Position numbers and translations under genes: made by a program
The notes under the pieces: generated by a model
Seen by the model: the letters and a program-made list of their open reading frames with translations, nothing else
What the model was told of the DNA's origin: nothing
The model's database searches: none
Virus record (IMG/VR): IMGVR_UViG_3300021963_000102
Coordinates: 7,098 to 71,097 of that record
Strand: one strand, 5' to 3'
Source of the DNA: a virus
Length of the DNA stretch: 64,000 bases
Shown here: one piece after another, positions 1 to 11,600 of the stretch
Position numbering within the stretch: the stretch's first letter is position 1
Layout: each line of letters starts with the position of its first letter

Positions 1-2640
1 ATCTAGCTTTGTGTAAAACTCTCTTCTAAACTTGTATACAAGCTTATTTACCAAATTGTTTTCCTTATCTCTTTGGTAGATTTTCTGTACAAACTTTCGT
101 GTATCTCCACCTCTATCAACAATCCTTTTCCTTATAGCCATTAGTTCATCCACCTCTCCTATAGCATCTCTAGAAGCTCTACCCTTTGCATTTGTAACAA
201 GCTTGTAGAGGATTTGTAAAGAAGCAAGAGGGAGTTCTGAAATGCCTCTGAATGTGGAAGATAAACCCTTGATAACTGCCTCAGCACTAAGGAGTCCTGA
301 AACTAGGTTACGCTGTCCAATATGTTTGTCAGCAAACTTTTGAGAAGCTTCTTTTATGTCAGCTCTAGAAAGCCTAATAGAACGGGCTTGTGTAGAGATT
401 TGCTCTAACAAATCCTTTCTAAATTGTACATCCTGTTTAGCTTCATCAGTGGTGGCATCAGCTTCCATCTCTTTTGTATACACCAGGTCAGCCACTAAGT
501 CATCTATTCCACCAAACACTTCTGCTAAAGCTAGATACTCTCTCATGTCATCAGAAAACTCAGATAGTTCTTTGTTCTCAGAATCTTCTGACAGAGCTGG
601 TCTATCCTTGTAAATAGTGTTATAATCATTTAGGATTTGCTCACCTTGTTTTTTCATCAGGGTGATGAGGTCTACAAGAGGAGCAATGTTCATAGCTGTT
701 TGAGCAGCACGGATGGATTGTTTTAAGGCATTAAGACGATCACTCTTAAACTCACGTTCATCCTCATCTGTCACCACCTTTTTAGAAATCTGTCTGTACA
801 CAGCATTTAACATACCTAGAAGTCTGTCTAGGTTTTTATATCCTGTAGACTCAGTTTCTTCTGATACAGGCACCAAACGAAGGTCTTCTATCTCTGCTGT
901 GTTTACAGAACCTATTGCTATTCCAGTCATAATAATGGGAGAGTTTTCCACCTTTGGATTTTCTTTCTTCACATCCATTAAAATAGGAATAGCTCTGTTT
1001 AATCCAAACTCTTTTATCCCATAGTTGTCACGCAGGATTTCCTTATATCTAGTGAGCTGGATGTTGTAAGCTCCTTGCTTATACCAGGTGACATCCTTTG
1101 CACCCTTAGCTAGGCTCATAAACTTCCAGTCAAAGATGTTAGCCTTACCATTTTCTTCTAAAATTAGAAGGTCAACAGTACCAGCCTCTTTCTCTTTATT
1201 ATCAAATATAAACACCTCAGAGAACACCAGTGGATTCTTACCATCTTTTGTAAAGCTAGCTATGAGGTCAGTGTAATACTTCTCTAGCTTTTGGTACACC
1301 TCTTCATCAACAGGATCAAGTCTTTCAAAGCGTTCTCCAGGAACATCTCTTCTTGTACCATCCTCATTGAAATATCTAAGGTGGATGTCTTCAAAGAACT
1401 TGTGTCCTTTAACACCCTGTTGTCTTTTAAACTCGTTAAACTTCTTCTCTTCTTCTGTAAACACCTTATCCCCAAAACGTTGCTTATACCAAGCTTTTAC
1501 ACGGTCTGTCACCCTTTTAAGTACACGAGACCATGAACCATCAGGCTGTTTTATTTCGTAATAGTTATTAGCTTCTTCTGTATCAAGTAGTAGAGGGTCA
1601 GCAGTTTCCTTAGTTTCCACCACCTTTTTCAGGTTGTCTTTTGTCTGTAACAAGCTTTGCTGTACATCCTTTTGAATATCAGAGAGTTGGAAATAGATTT
1701 CACCCTCTGTCATATCAATCATATTCCCTTCCACCTCACCAGCCATGATTTTAGCAGCTGTGTCTTGGAACAAAGAGATGTCAGATTTCAAATACAAACC
1801 TCTAATAAACTGTAATATCTTAGCCCAGAAGTTTGCCACTAAAGACCTGTTCTCTTCTTTCAACAGCTCAGGGAACATCTCTTCATTAGTTCCACCATTT
1901 ATAATGAGCTCAGTAATTAGCTTATCTACAGCCTCTTTCTTTATTTTACGGATGTTAGGCTTACCATCAGCTGTCTGGTAGTTCTTATTGTTTCTATACT
2001 GGTCTAATGTGTATTTGTATATCTTGAATCTATCAATCTTAGATATCATTTCGTTGATGAGCTGTGGGTTGGTTTGCTCCACCATCTGTGTAGCAATGTG
2101 TACAAGTTCTTCTACAATTGCTACATCCTCTTTACCCTCAGCAATAGCTATCACCTTTCTCATAGCATCTGCCACACCATTCACACCCTTTACATCAATG
2201 CCTGTTTGTTTAGAATAGGTGCTAAGATCGGTGATAGATATACCCATTTGTGCAGCAAGCTTTTTCACCTTCTCAGTGAGCTCTTTAGGAATAGGAGCAA
2301 TAGGAATAACAGGCTCTTGGTTATAGATGTCTATGGGAGCATCTCCATCATAAAGGTCATTTATATCATCTTCTGATAATCCAGTGGTTTGGAAGTTGTC
2401 ATGCTTTTTCTGAAGCTCTTCAAACATTTCCTCGTTAGGAATAGCTTTCACCCTATCATTGATTAGCCTTTCTGTAGTGAATAGTTTACCACTATTTTTC
2501 ACTCCATACTTATTTCTGGCTAAGTCAGATAGTTTATTGTTCTCAAAGAAGAACATGGCATTTGTGACAAACATATTGTCATCAATATATCCTTTCTTCT
2601 TTAAGTGGTTAATTGCGTTTATTTGAACGTTACAAGCCAT
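1..2640 (-). CDS. Giant virion/cargo protein, N-terminal part (runs off the left edge), with degenerate zincin-like and PD-(D/E)XK nuclease-like domains
   Basis: Not in the ORF track because no stop falls in the window. ATG at 2640 (MACNVQINAI...), 12 nt after the RNAP stop. Segments I translated: AIVEELVHIATQ (about 2085-2125) and EAGTVDLLILEENGKANIFDWKF...YNIQLTRY (about 1045-1190). I did not check the frame codon by codon. Confidence 0.8.
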   Translation of the reverse strand, partial: MACNVQINAINHLKKKGYIDDNMFVTNAMFFFENNKLSDLARNKYGVKNSGKLFTTERLINDRVKAIPNEEMFEELQKKHDNFQTTGLSEDDINDLYDGDAPIDIYNQEPVIPIAPIPKELTEKVKKLAAQMGISITDLSTYSKQTGIDVKGVNGVADAMRKVIAIAEGKEDVAIVEELVHIATQMVEQTNPQLINEMISKIDRFKIYKYTLDQYRNNKNYQTADGKPNIRKIKKEAVDKLITELIINGGTNEEMFPELLKEENRSLVANFWAKILQFIRGLYLKSDISLFQDTAAKIMAGEVEGNMIDMTEGEIYFQLSDIQKDVQQSLLQTKDNLKKVVETKETADPLLLDTEEANNYYEIKQPDGSWSRVLKRVTDRVKAWYKQRFGDKVFTEEEKKFNEFKRQQGVKGHKFFEDIHLRYFNEDGTRRDVPGERFERLDPVDEEVYQKLEKYYTDLIASFTKDGKNPLVFSEVFIFDNKEKEAGTVDLLILEENGKANIFDWKFMSLAKGAKDVTWYKQGAYNIQLTRYKEILRDNYGIKEFGLNRAIPILMDVKKENPKVENSPIIMTGIAIGSVNTAEIEDLRLVPVSEETESTGYKNLDRLLGMLNAVYRQISKKVVTDEDEREFKSDRLNALKQSIRAAQTAMNIAPLVDLITLMKKQGEQILNDYNTIYKDRPALSEDSENKELSEFSDDMREYLALAEVFGGIDDLVADLVYTKEMEADATTDEAKQDVQFRKDLLEQISTQARSIRLSRADIKEASQKFADKHIGQRNLVSGLLSAEAVIKGLSSTFRGISELPLASLQILYKLVTNAKGRASRDAIGEVDELMAIRKRIVDRGGDTRKFVQKIYQRDKENNLVNKLVYKFRREFYTKLD

Positions 2641-2652
2641 TAAATATTAGTT

Positions 2653-5600
2653 TTAGCATGTGAATGGGTCTGCACCTTGAATATCACTAATGTCATATAC
2701 ATAAAGTTTTCCCCTACCATTTATCCAATCTCTAACCATTTGATAGGAAAGTTCTTCAGCAGAGGTAACACCTTCTGACTGTAGCATAGCTTCTTTACCA
2801 CCAGCTTCATCAACAGTGAGTAAACCTCTATTAGTAACCATATATTCTTTATTACCAATTCTTCTTATCTCACTTTGACCAACAGGGATATTAATTCTTT
2901 CACTTTCTGATGTAGATCTTACAGTGGTAGTTTTCAATCCCTGTTCAATCTTTTCCACATTCTGAGGTTGCATTGTAATACCCTTCACACGTGTGCCTGT
3001 ACCTCTTTGTGTTGTTCTACTAGGCTTCTTTTCAAACTCAGAGATTATGGCATTATCATCTATACCATCTGTCTTAATAAAGCCATTATTAATATCAGAT
3101 GTATGTTCTACATCCCAAAACTCGTTAGCTCTATATCCATCACCCCATGCATTTACAGCCTTGTAGATGAAATACTTTCCACCGTTCTTATCATTGTGCA
3201 ACAAAGGATTACCAAAGTTGTCATACACCTTCTTGAATAGTCCCTTCTGAATGAATGAATAGTCACCCTCTTTACGCATCTGGGCTTTCTTCTTAGCTGC
3301 TGTAAGTCCATCAGCTTTCTCTTGTTCTGTTAGAAGCTCAGCAGCTCCCTTTTCCCATCTGTAAACAATATAATCATATCTACCTTCAGATCTATAGATG
3401 GATCTAGAAACCACTGGAGGGATGGTTCCTTTTTCTACAGCCTCTCTTACAGGCTTAGGAAGGAACTTCATGGATGGGTTGTATACAGGACCAGCTGCAG
3501 TTTCTATAGTGTTAGCCATTACATATGGTACAATATCATCATTGTTCCAGTTGTTTCTTTGGAACACTCCCATTGTTTGGAAGTTTTCCAGATTGGGTAT
3601 AGCCTCTAGTCTAGACAGGGTTTGGTTGTAGATTCTCTCAAAGTCTTCATATGGAAGAACAGAGGTGAATGATATAGGTGATGAAGATAGACCGCTTTGT
3701 AAAATAGCAAGAGATACTAGTCTGTCATACAGAGGGCTCTTGTCTTTAAAATAATCCCTAAGCTCACGGAAAGCATAGATGATGTTATTTTGGTCGTAGG
3801 TTCTATTATCCATTCCCTTCACCTTCAAGTTGTTAGGAAGGTTTTGTCCCACTTTTTTGGATGGATCACCTGATACAATATTAACAACATAGTTGTTATG
3901 TAGAGGATGGGAAGGATTTGCTTTTACATCATTTACAAATGACAGCATCTCTGTAGCCACCCCACCATCGTTTAAAAGAATCTCTTGAATCTCAAGATTT
4001 AGATTTTGGTCTATCTGTACAGCATAGTCAAATAAGTCATTCACTGCCTTACGAGCAAGCTTTACAAACTCTCTGTCAGACATAGAGGTTGCATAAGGAG
4101 CAATTATACCATGAATAATTGCTCTCACTCTAGGCTTGTCAGAGAGAAGCAGTTGTGCAAATGCATTTCTTGTGTCCTTCATTATTTCAGCTAGCTCTCC
4201 TATAAATGCATTTTCCATAAGCTCTTCAACAGAAGAGATGATGGTGTTTTGAGCTTTCTGAAGCTGTATCTCTTTCTTTAACACCAGATAGGGATCATTT
4301 AGTGTTGCTGTATCCCAGTTAGTTCCTTGTGTAACATGGAACAGGTGTTCAGCCATTTTAGCATATTTCAAGAACTCCTTTAGAATAATAGCTTGTTCAA
4401 GTTTTTCATCCTTGCTCATTTGTCTTGTAGGCATTCCTACATTTCTTTTAAGCACTGCTTTGGAAGGAATAGTTCCTTCGTTTAGTTGCTGCATGATGGC
4501 ATCATGTTCCTCTTTAGTTGTGGCTTTAGGAAGATAGCTTTCCATCACATCATTATAGATGCCATCATTAAACACGTAAGAATATCCAGCGTTCTCAATG
4601 CTACGAAGATAGTTACGGACGGATGTTTGGTTCATGAAATAAGAAACAGTGTCAATAGGCACACCAATCTTAACCAGGAACAACCATGTGCTAGCCACGT
4701 TTGGTGTAGCACCAAGTTCCATAATCCATGGGCCCTTAGAGATGTCCACATATCCATCAATAAACTGACCAATGATATCAGAGATGTCTTTCCCATCAGC
4801 ATTCTGAATGCCAGAGAGCATAGCCACACTACCCTTTCCTTCTACATCAATAGAGTTGTATTTATCAAACTTAATGGTGCCATCACCCAACCAGAACTGA
4901 TCTGCAAGAGGAAGGTTCTCCAATCTATTGCGATCAATATATATAAGCTGACGCTGGTTCAAAGAGTGGTTGGTTTGAGCCACAGCTGCAATACCAATAG
5001 CATATTTACCTCTTACAAAGGCATGACGCAATCTTGACATGAATGTTCTATCAAGCATGTTTCCAGGATCATTATAGTCAAAGGTACCACCTGTTGTTTT
5101 ATTAGCTACAAATCTTGCCAAGTCTTTTAACTGTTCTGCAGAGTTGGGAGAAGTGAGTCTTATAAAGTTGGCCTTAGTTTCTACAAGGTTTTGGAAAGAG
5201 TCAATGTATTGATTCTCAAGGCTTTTCTTATAGAGGTTGTTTATAATCTGGTCTCTCACCTTTATACCTCTAGTGAAGTCACGCACTATTTCTTCTACAG
5301 AGAATAGCTGTCCTACGCCCATAAGCTTCTTCATAAGCTGAGCAGTATTAGACTCATCATTCATGAAGTCTTCAGCAGCAATCAGCTCTTCATCAATATA
5401 TCTATTTAATTGCTTCTCTTGCTCTTTTGAAAGGAACTCTCCTTTGTCAAACATTTCTCCTAGCTTCTCAATAGCTTCTTGCTTATTAGCAAAAGAAGGA
5501 ACAAGCTTTGGCTTACCATCTTTAACATATACGTTCTTCAGATAGATGGAAAGTTTATCTATGTCAAAGTCAGATCCCACTTTCTTTACAATCTCTGAAG

Positions 5601-8600
5601 GAACCACCACACTATCTCCCATTCCTTTAGGAAGGAACTTTGCAATACGGAATGATTCAATAGAATTTTGTTTCTGTGTGGGTATACGGAAAGCTACACC
5701 AGCTAGAGCTGCAAGTTGTTTCTTACCCTCTTCAGTGTTATTGAAATAATCCATCAACTGATCATCTGTGAGATCACTGTCAAACCATCTAGCCACCATT
5801 ATCTCACAATAACGCTTACCATCTTCACCCTCATAAAACTTAAGCAGGTCAGAGGTGTAAGCCATCTTACCATTTATCTCTGTTGGTTTTATACGATTGG
5901 ATTCAAACAGGGATGAAGGGATTTGCACCTTCAAGCCACCATTCACCTTAGGAGATACAATGTTCTTATCAGCTATTGAATATAGAATGTTTCTAATCTG
6001 TTGGTAGGCAGGGGTGGCTTCTAGCACAGCTTTACCTTCCAAGAATCCCTGAAGGGCATCACTGATGTTATCATTCACCTCTCTTTTTAAGATTTCACTA
6101 CGTAGGGTGGCAACAGCTTTATCTTTGTTTTCCACCTCAAACCTCTTTTTAGTGACATCATCTACATCCTTGAAGGTTATCTCTTTTATACCAAGTCTGT
6201 CTAATGTGTTTAGATATCCTTCTTTTGTAAGTTCTTCTAGGAGCTTTTGGTTTCTTTTTATCTCAGCATAGATGGTAGATCTATTTTCTCTTTCTTCCTC
6301 AGAAGCTAAACTCATCCAGGCTTTGTAGCGTTGGTCAATTGTTTTGCTTGGGAAGAAGTCAACAGGTACACCTGCTTCCAGGAGGTCCATTGTTACCAGC
6401 TTAGTGGGCTGGCTACCTCTAGTTACTAGATTGTCTTCTTTAGAAGGCACCTCAGATTGTACGCTCATGATGGAGAATGGCACATTAGTGATGATTTCAC
6501 TCTTGCTATCATTGAACTCACCATTCTCATTGTACACATCTTGTGCACCTACAGATCCCACCTTTCTACCACTGTTAAACACCACATAATCAATGTCTTC
6601 CTCATCCATCTTCTCATCTAGTTTTAATAGATTAGCGTCAGGATTGAGTTCCTTGATGAGGCGATAGGATAGAACATACAAGGCAAACTTGTCTAGCACT
6701 ATCTCATTATAGGGCTGTCCATTTGCTTTGTTACCAGATACAATAGGTTTGAGGTTTACATATGCACTTTGTACATTAGGATTGCCCTCTCTTAATATTC
6801 TTTCTTCATCAGAGCTTAAACCTAGTCCTTTATCTCTTTTCTTCCAAGCCATGTCATATTTATACTGACGCTCCTCATCACTATTCCATTTACCAGCTCT
6901 GATTCTGAAGTTACGATTGGCTTTCATATTGATGATACCAGCACCATCTGTTTCATCATACACTCCATAGTTTAACAATTTGTTGTATGCCTGAACATCT
7001 TTATAAGGAACTGTACGGAAATAGTCTCTTGTAAAGTTGGTGTATGCTACATCTCCAGGACTATATCCCTTATTCCACACAGAATTGTATACACCATTCA
7101 TTGTGGGGGAATTATTAACAATAGCCTGACGAGGGGAGTTGAAACTCTTTGTACGTTTTAGCTCCTCTTTGTATTGGTAGGGATCTCCATATGCTAGCTT
7201 GTGAAGCTCAATATTAGCAATAATGTAATTAATGCTAAGCATGTCAATGTGCCTGTTGTAATCATTTTCATTCATCACTCTAGGTAAGCTGAGACCATTT
7301 GTTTCAATACCCACTGATGTAGATTTTGCAACTCCATAACTATCAAGTAGTTCTTTGGTGTTTGCAGATCTTCCATCAATGAAGGCATCAATAGCAGCTC
7401 TAATTCTTTGTCCATAATCTTCCCCATCAAACATTGCTTCAGGGGCACTAGTGGTGTCAGCAACAATCTCATCATGTAAACTTTCTCCTAGAATAGACTT
7501 AAAGAAGCGAAGGTCTGTACGCTTTCTATCTCCTAGCTTTACAAAAGGACGATTGGGATCTCTACCCACCTTCATCTCAGAAATAAAATAGTCTCTGAAA
7601 ATATTATACACATCTCCTCTTCCTCTAGATAGGGAAGTGAGAGATATGACATTTCCCATCTTAAGCATCCATTCTAGAGAAGCATCTCCAGGTACAAGGT
7701 TTAGATAGTAGCCTGCTAAGTTGAGATTGATTTCCTGTGCAACACGTTCTTTATAAGTGAGTTGTGCAGATTCTTTGTTTCTTCCGTTTTGCTCATTCAA
7801 GGTGCCACCAACATATCCCACCCTCATTATTTGGTCTTTTCTAGCATCAGACTTAGGTAGTCCATCACTAGCAAAGAGCTGTTTAATCATAACAGATCCC
7901 TGAGTGAAATCATCACTAAGTAGGTATTCATATTGTGTACCAGCCAAACTATCTTTATCTAGTCTCTTGAGCTGAGATAGGAAGTTGTATAGGTCATACA
8001 CAGCGTTAGGGCCTAAGAAGGATTGTACACGCTCACCGCTGAGGTTGAAATAGGTGCTGTCAAACTGTGGGTTAGAAATCTTAGCCTTGAATAGAGCAAG
8101 CTCTAATAAACGGTTGCTAATATCTAGTGACTTACCAGAGAACGTAGCAATCTTTCTACCCTCAATAATACTCTTCTTAATACCCTGTACAGACTCTCTA
8201 AACTCTTGTAAGTCATTAGGACTTAGTGATTGTATTTCTTTGGTGCTAAATGATATGCCCATTTCCTCTAGGAAGTTGGATAGCTCAGCAGGAGTTTCTG
8301 TTCTCTTACCTCTTGCCTTTGCAACATCTCCTACAAATACATTACTCTTAGTGTCATATTTGAAATAGCCCTTACCATTCTTAGCATATTGAGTGATGCT
8401 ATCAATGTAGTCAGCTCTAAGTTGAACAGCTGCATTAGATAGGTTAGCATCCCCAACCACCACTGTACCATCTTCTAGAATAAATACATTCTTCACCTCA
8501 GGGTCTTGCTTCTTAAAGGTTTGCCAGAAACCTCCTATAAGCTGAGAAGCAGCTTCTGTATTTACATTACTAAAGTTTAACCCAGGAATATCCCATGGTG

Positions 8601-11600
8601 ACTTAGTGAGTCTCTTATATAAAACTCTGTAGTTGCGATCATTAGCAGCCATTACACGTAGTTTCTCTAGCATATCTTCTATGCTAATAGCATCATGAAC
8701 ATTGTTCATTACGCTAATATATGTTTGGCTGATGGGTAGCAGTTGTGTACCACCAATAGAAGAAGGAACAGGTTTACCATTTGCATCAACAATAGGAATG
8801 GTGGCAAGCAGAAGCTTAATAGCTCCATTAGCTTTTCTAAATCCATCTATTTTCTCAGCAGAAGCAAAGTCACTTTCTTTAATCTTATTCTCATCAGTTC
8901 TTTGCATGTCATCATTCTCATCAAATGTGATGGAATAAGCATTTAGATATTCCTCATGACGCTTAACTATATCATCCCATTGATTATCAATGTGTTGCAT
9001 CAACTCTGTTGTAGAGGTGATGATGGGATCAACGTTCTCTTGTGTGCGCAGTCCTTGTTTTACAAACTCTTGAGCTACATCAATCTTTCTACCCACCTTC
9101 TGTAATAGCTGGGTTTTGATGGTGTCATACAACTCCTTCCTATTTATTTTAGGTATGGAGAATAGTCCCTCATCTGTATTGATAAAGTTTCCAAGAGTGA
9201 GATAGGTCATCTCATTAATAATCTCAGACCTTTGTTTGTCAGTGATGCCCACTAAGCTAAACTCACTATCTGATGTAGCAAATGCATCCTCTATATCAAT
9301 CACACCCTCTTTAGCATAAGCTAGAGAGGCGTAATTAGGAGAGTAGTTTTTGTAATATCCATTACCTATTTTCTTAAATAGTTCCTCAGTATTAGTGGCT
9401 GCTTTAGGACCAACAAAGAATTCCTTAATAAACTTCACTAGGTCAGCAAACAGCTTTACAATAAAAGGTCTACCATCTTTAGGTTTAGCAGGAATCTTAC
9501 CCTCTTGTACATAATCTCTGAACTCTTCAGCCAGCTTTTCTTCAAGCTGGTCATCTGTAGCCTCAGAATATTTAACATCTTGTCTAGACTTTTTATCAAA
9601 GAATGAACCACCTCTTTTTCTAAGTTCATTCATAACTGCCTCACGCTCAGCACTATCTGCAAACATTCTCCATACAGCATGGAACACCTCATGGTAGGCT
9701 GTACCCACCTCAGCATTTGTGTATATATAGATGGCTCCATCTCTGTACATACCCCATGCTTGTCTACCATTAGTGGCTTGAATAACATTCTTTACACGGT
9801 AGACAGGAATGTTAGGGAGGTTAGCCTTTATAAATGCTTCCACCTTATTCCAATCCTCACGCTGATATTGATCTATCTCACTTCCAATCATCTCACGTAA
9901 AGCCTCATCATTTGTATCTGCTAGCCTGATGTTGATAGCATCCATCACATTATCATTGATGGGCTGTCCTAAGTTCTGGGAAGCAGCTTGAATAGCAGGA
10001 GCTGTTCCACCAATCACCACAGGAGCCATCTCTATTTTGATTCTATCAAGCTCAGGGGCTATAGCATTGAATATGATTTTCTTAAGCTCTATCTCTGGGT
10101 TCTTTCCAGCTCTCTCCATTATTCCAGCCACCTCAGCATAGTCACCACTTTGCGTTCCCAGAATAATCTTCTGGTTGATGGTTTCCATTGTGACATCTTC
10201 TGGAGCTTTGAAATTAATCACCTTACCACCAGGAGATACATATTTGTTGATGGTTCTACCATCAAGAATATATGTAGGAGCAGGAGGTGCTGTTGGTGCA
10301 GCTTGAGGAGCTGTGGGAGCAGGAGCTGCATTTCTTTGTACACCAGCAGCTGTAATCACAGTGGATGATATAGGTGTTGCAGGTTTAGCTGGTTTAGGAA
10401 TAACAAAGTCATCAGCTGTATCTGCTGTATAGAAATAGATGCCCATTCTATTCATTACATCATCACTAGTCTTAGGCACCATAGGTGTTGATAGAGGTAG
10501 GTCTTCACCACTTCTCTTACCACCATTTGGGTTCTTATTAGACAGCAGATAGGTTTGATAGTTGGGCCATATTCTACTTTCTACAGATCCATCCTCAGCA
10601 ACAGAGGTGATCTCTTCGTAGGGTTCATTTAAATTCTTGGCTATAGAAGAGTTGATGTTGTTGTACATCTTTTGTAGCTGCTCTATAATAGCAGCTTTGT
10701 TCTCTTCTAGTCCTATAGGTGTCATGGAGAAGTCCTTACCAGCTTCTTTCAAACTAAGCATTAGTCTTCTTCCTGTACCATCTTTCTCCCAGAACACACT
10801 GTTATATCCAGCAGGTTTTCTTACACCAGCTTGTGTGGTGGGAATACCCCAATAAACAATAGACCTTAACCAGGTGAGTAGACGTACAGATTTATCTGAT
10901 GTCACCCATTCATCTACATTCTGCATGTTCTTAGACAGTTGCAGAAGTGCTTGGTAGATGGTCTCAGCTTCTTTCTTTGTTAGATTGCGGTTTCTTAGCT
11001 TTACCAGTCCATTAGGGAGATTGAGGAATGGTTTACCCATTGGGTTACTAAAGCTAACAGTGCCCTTAGTTTGTTTCTCATTATCTTTTGGAATGAAAAT
11101 AAGAGGGTCTCTTTCTAGCTGTGCTGCTGTAATAAGTCCAGCATCCTCTACAGATGTCTTAGTGTTCCAATCTGTATTACCATCAGCATCTTTAACGTAT
11201 AAAGGAATACCAAATGAAGCACCTATAGTGTGACGCTCATTTAGATTGGGATTAGCAATCACTCCATTTCTCCACTCTTTATATTGCTTTGTAACAGCTT
11301 CTATTACATTATCAGGAGTGCCCTCTCTGAACATGCTCTTTCCACCAAACTCCTCACTCCATGTAAGGCTAGCTGTGGGGAACACTTGATATATAGCACT
11401 ATTTAATTTATCAGAACCTTCAGGTAGAGGATTACCATCCACTCCTACAAGGTTACCAGCATCATCCACCATTACAAGAGTAATGATGTCATCTTTGCTA
11501 ATTGTTTCATCAATGTTTCCCTGAACATCCAATCTTAAATGTTCTGTTAGTCCAGGGATGAGTTGGTCCTCATTCTTTGAGGTGACATACACCCCACGAA

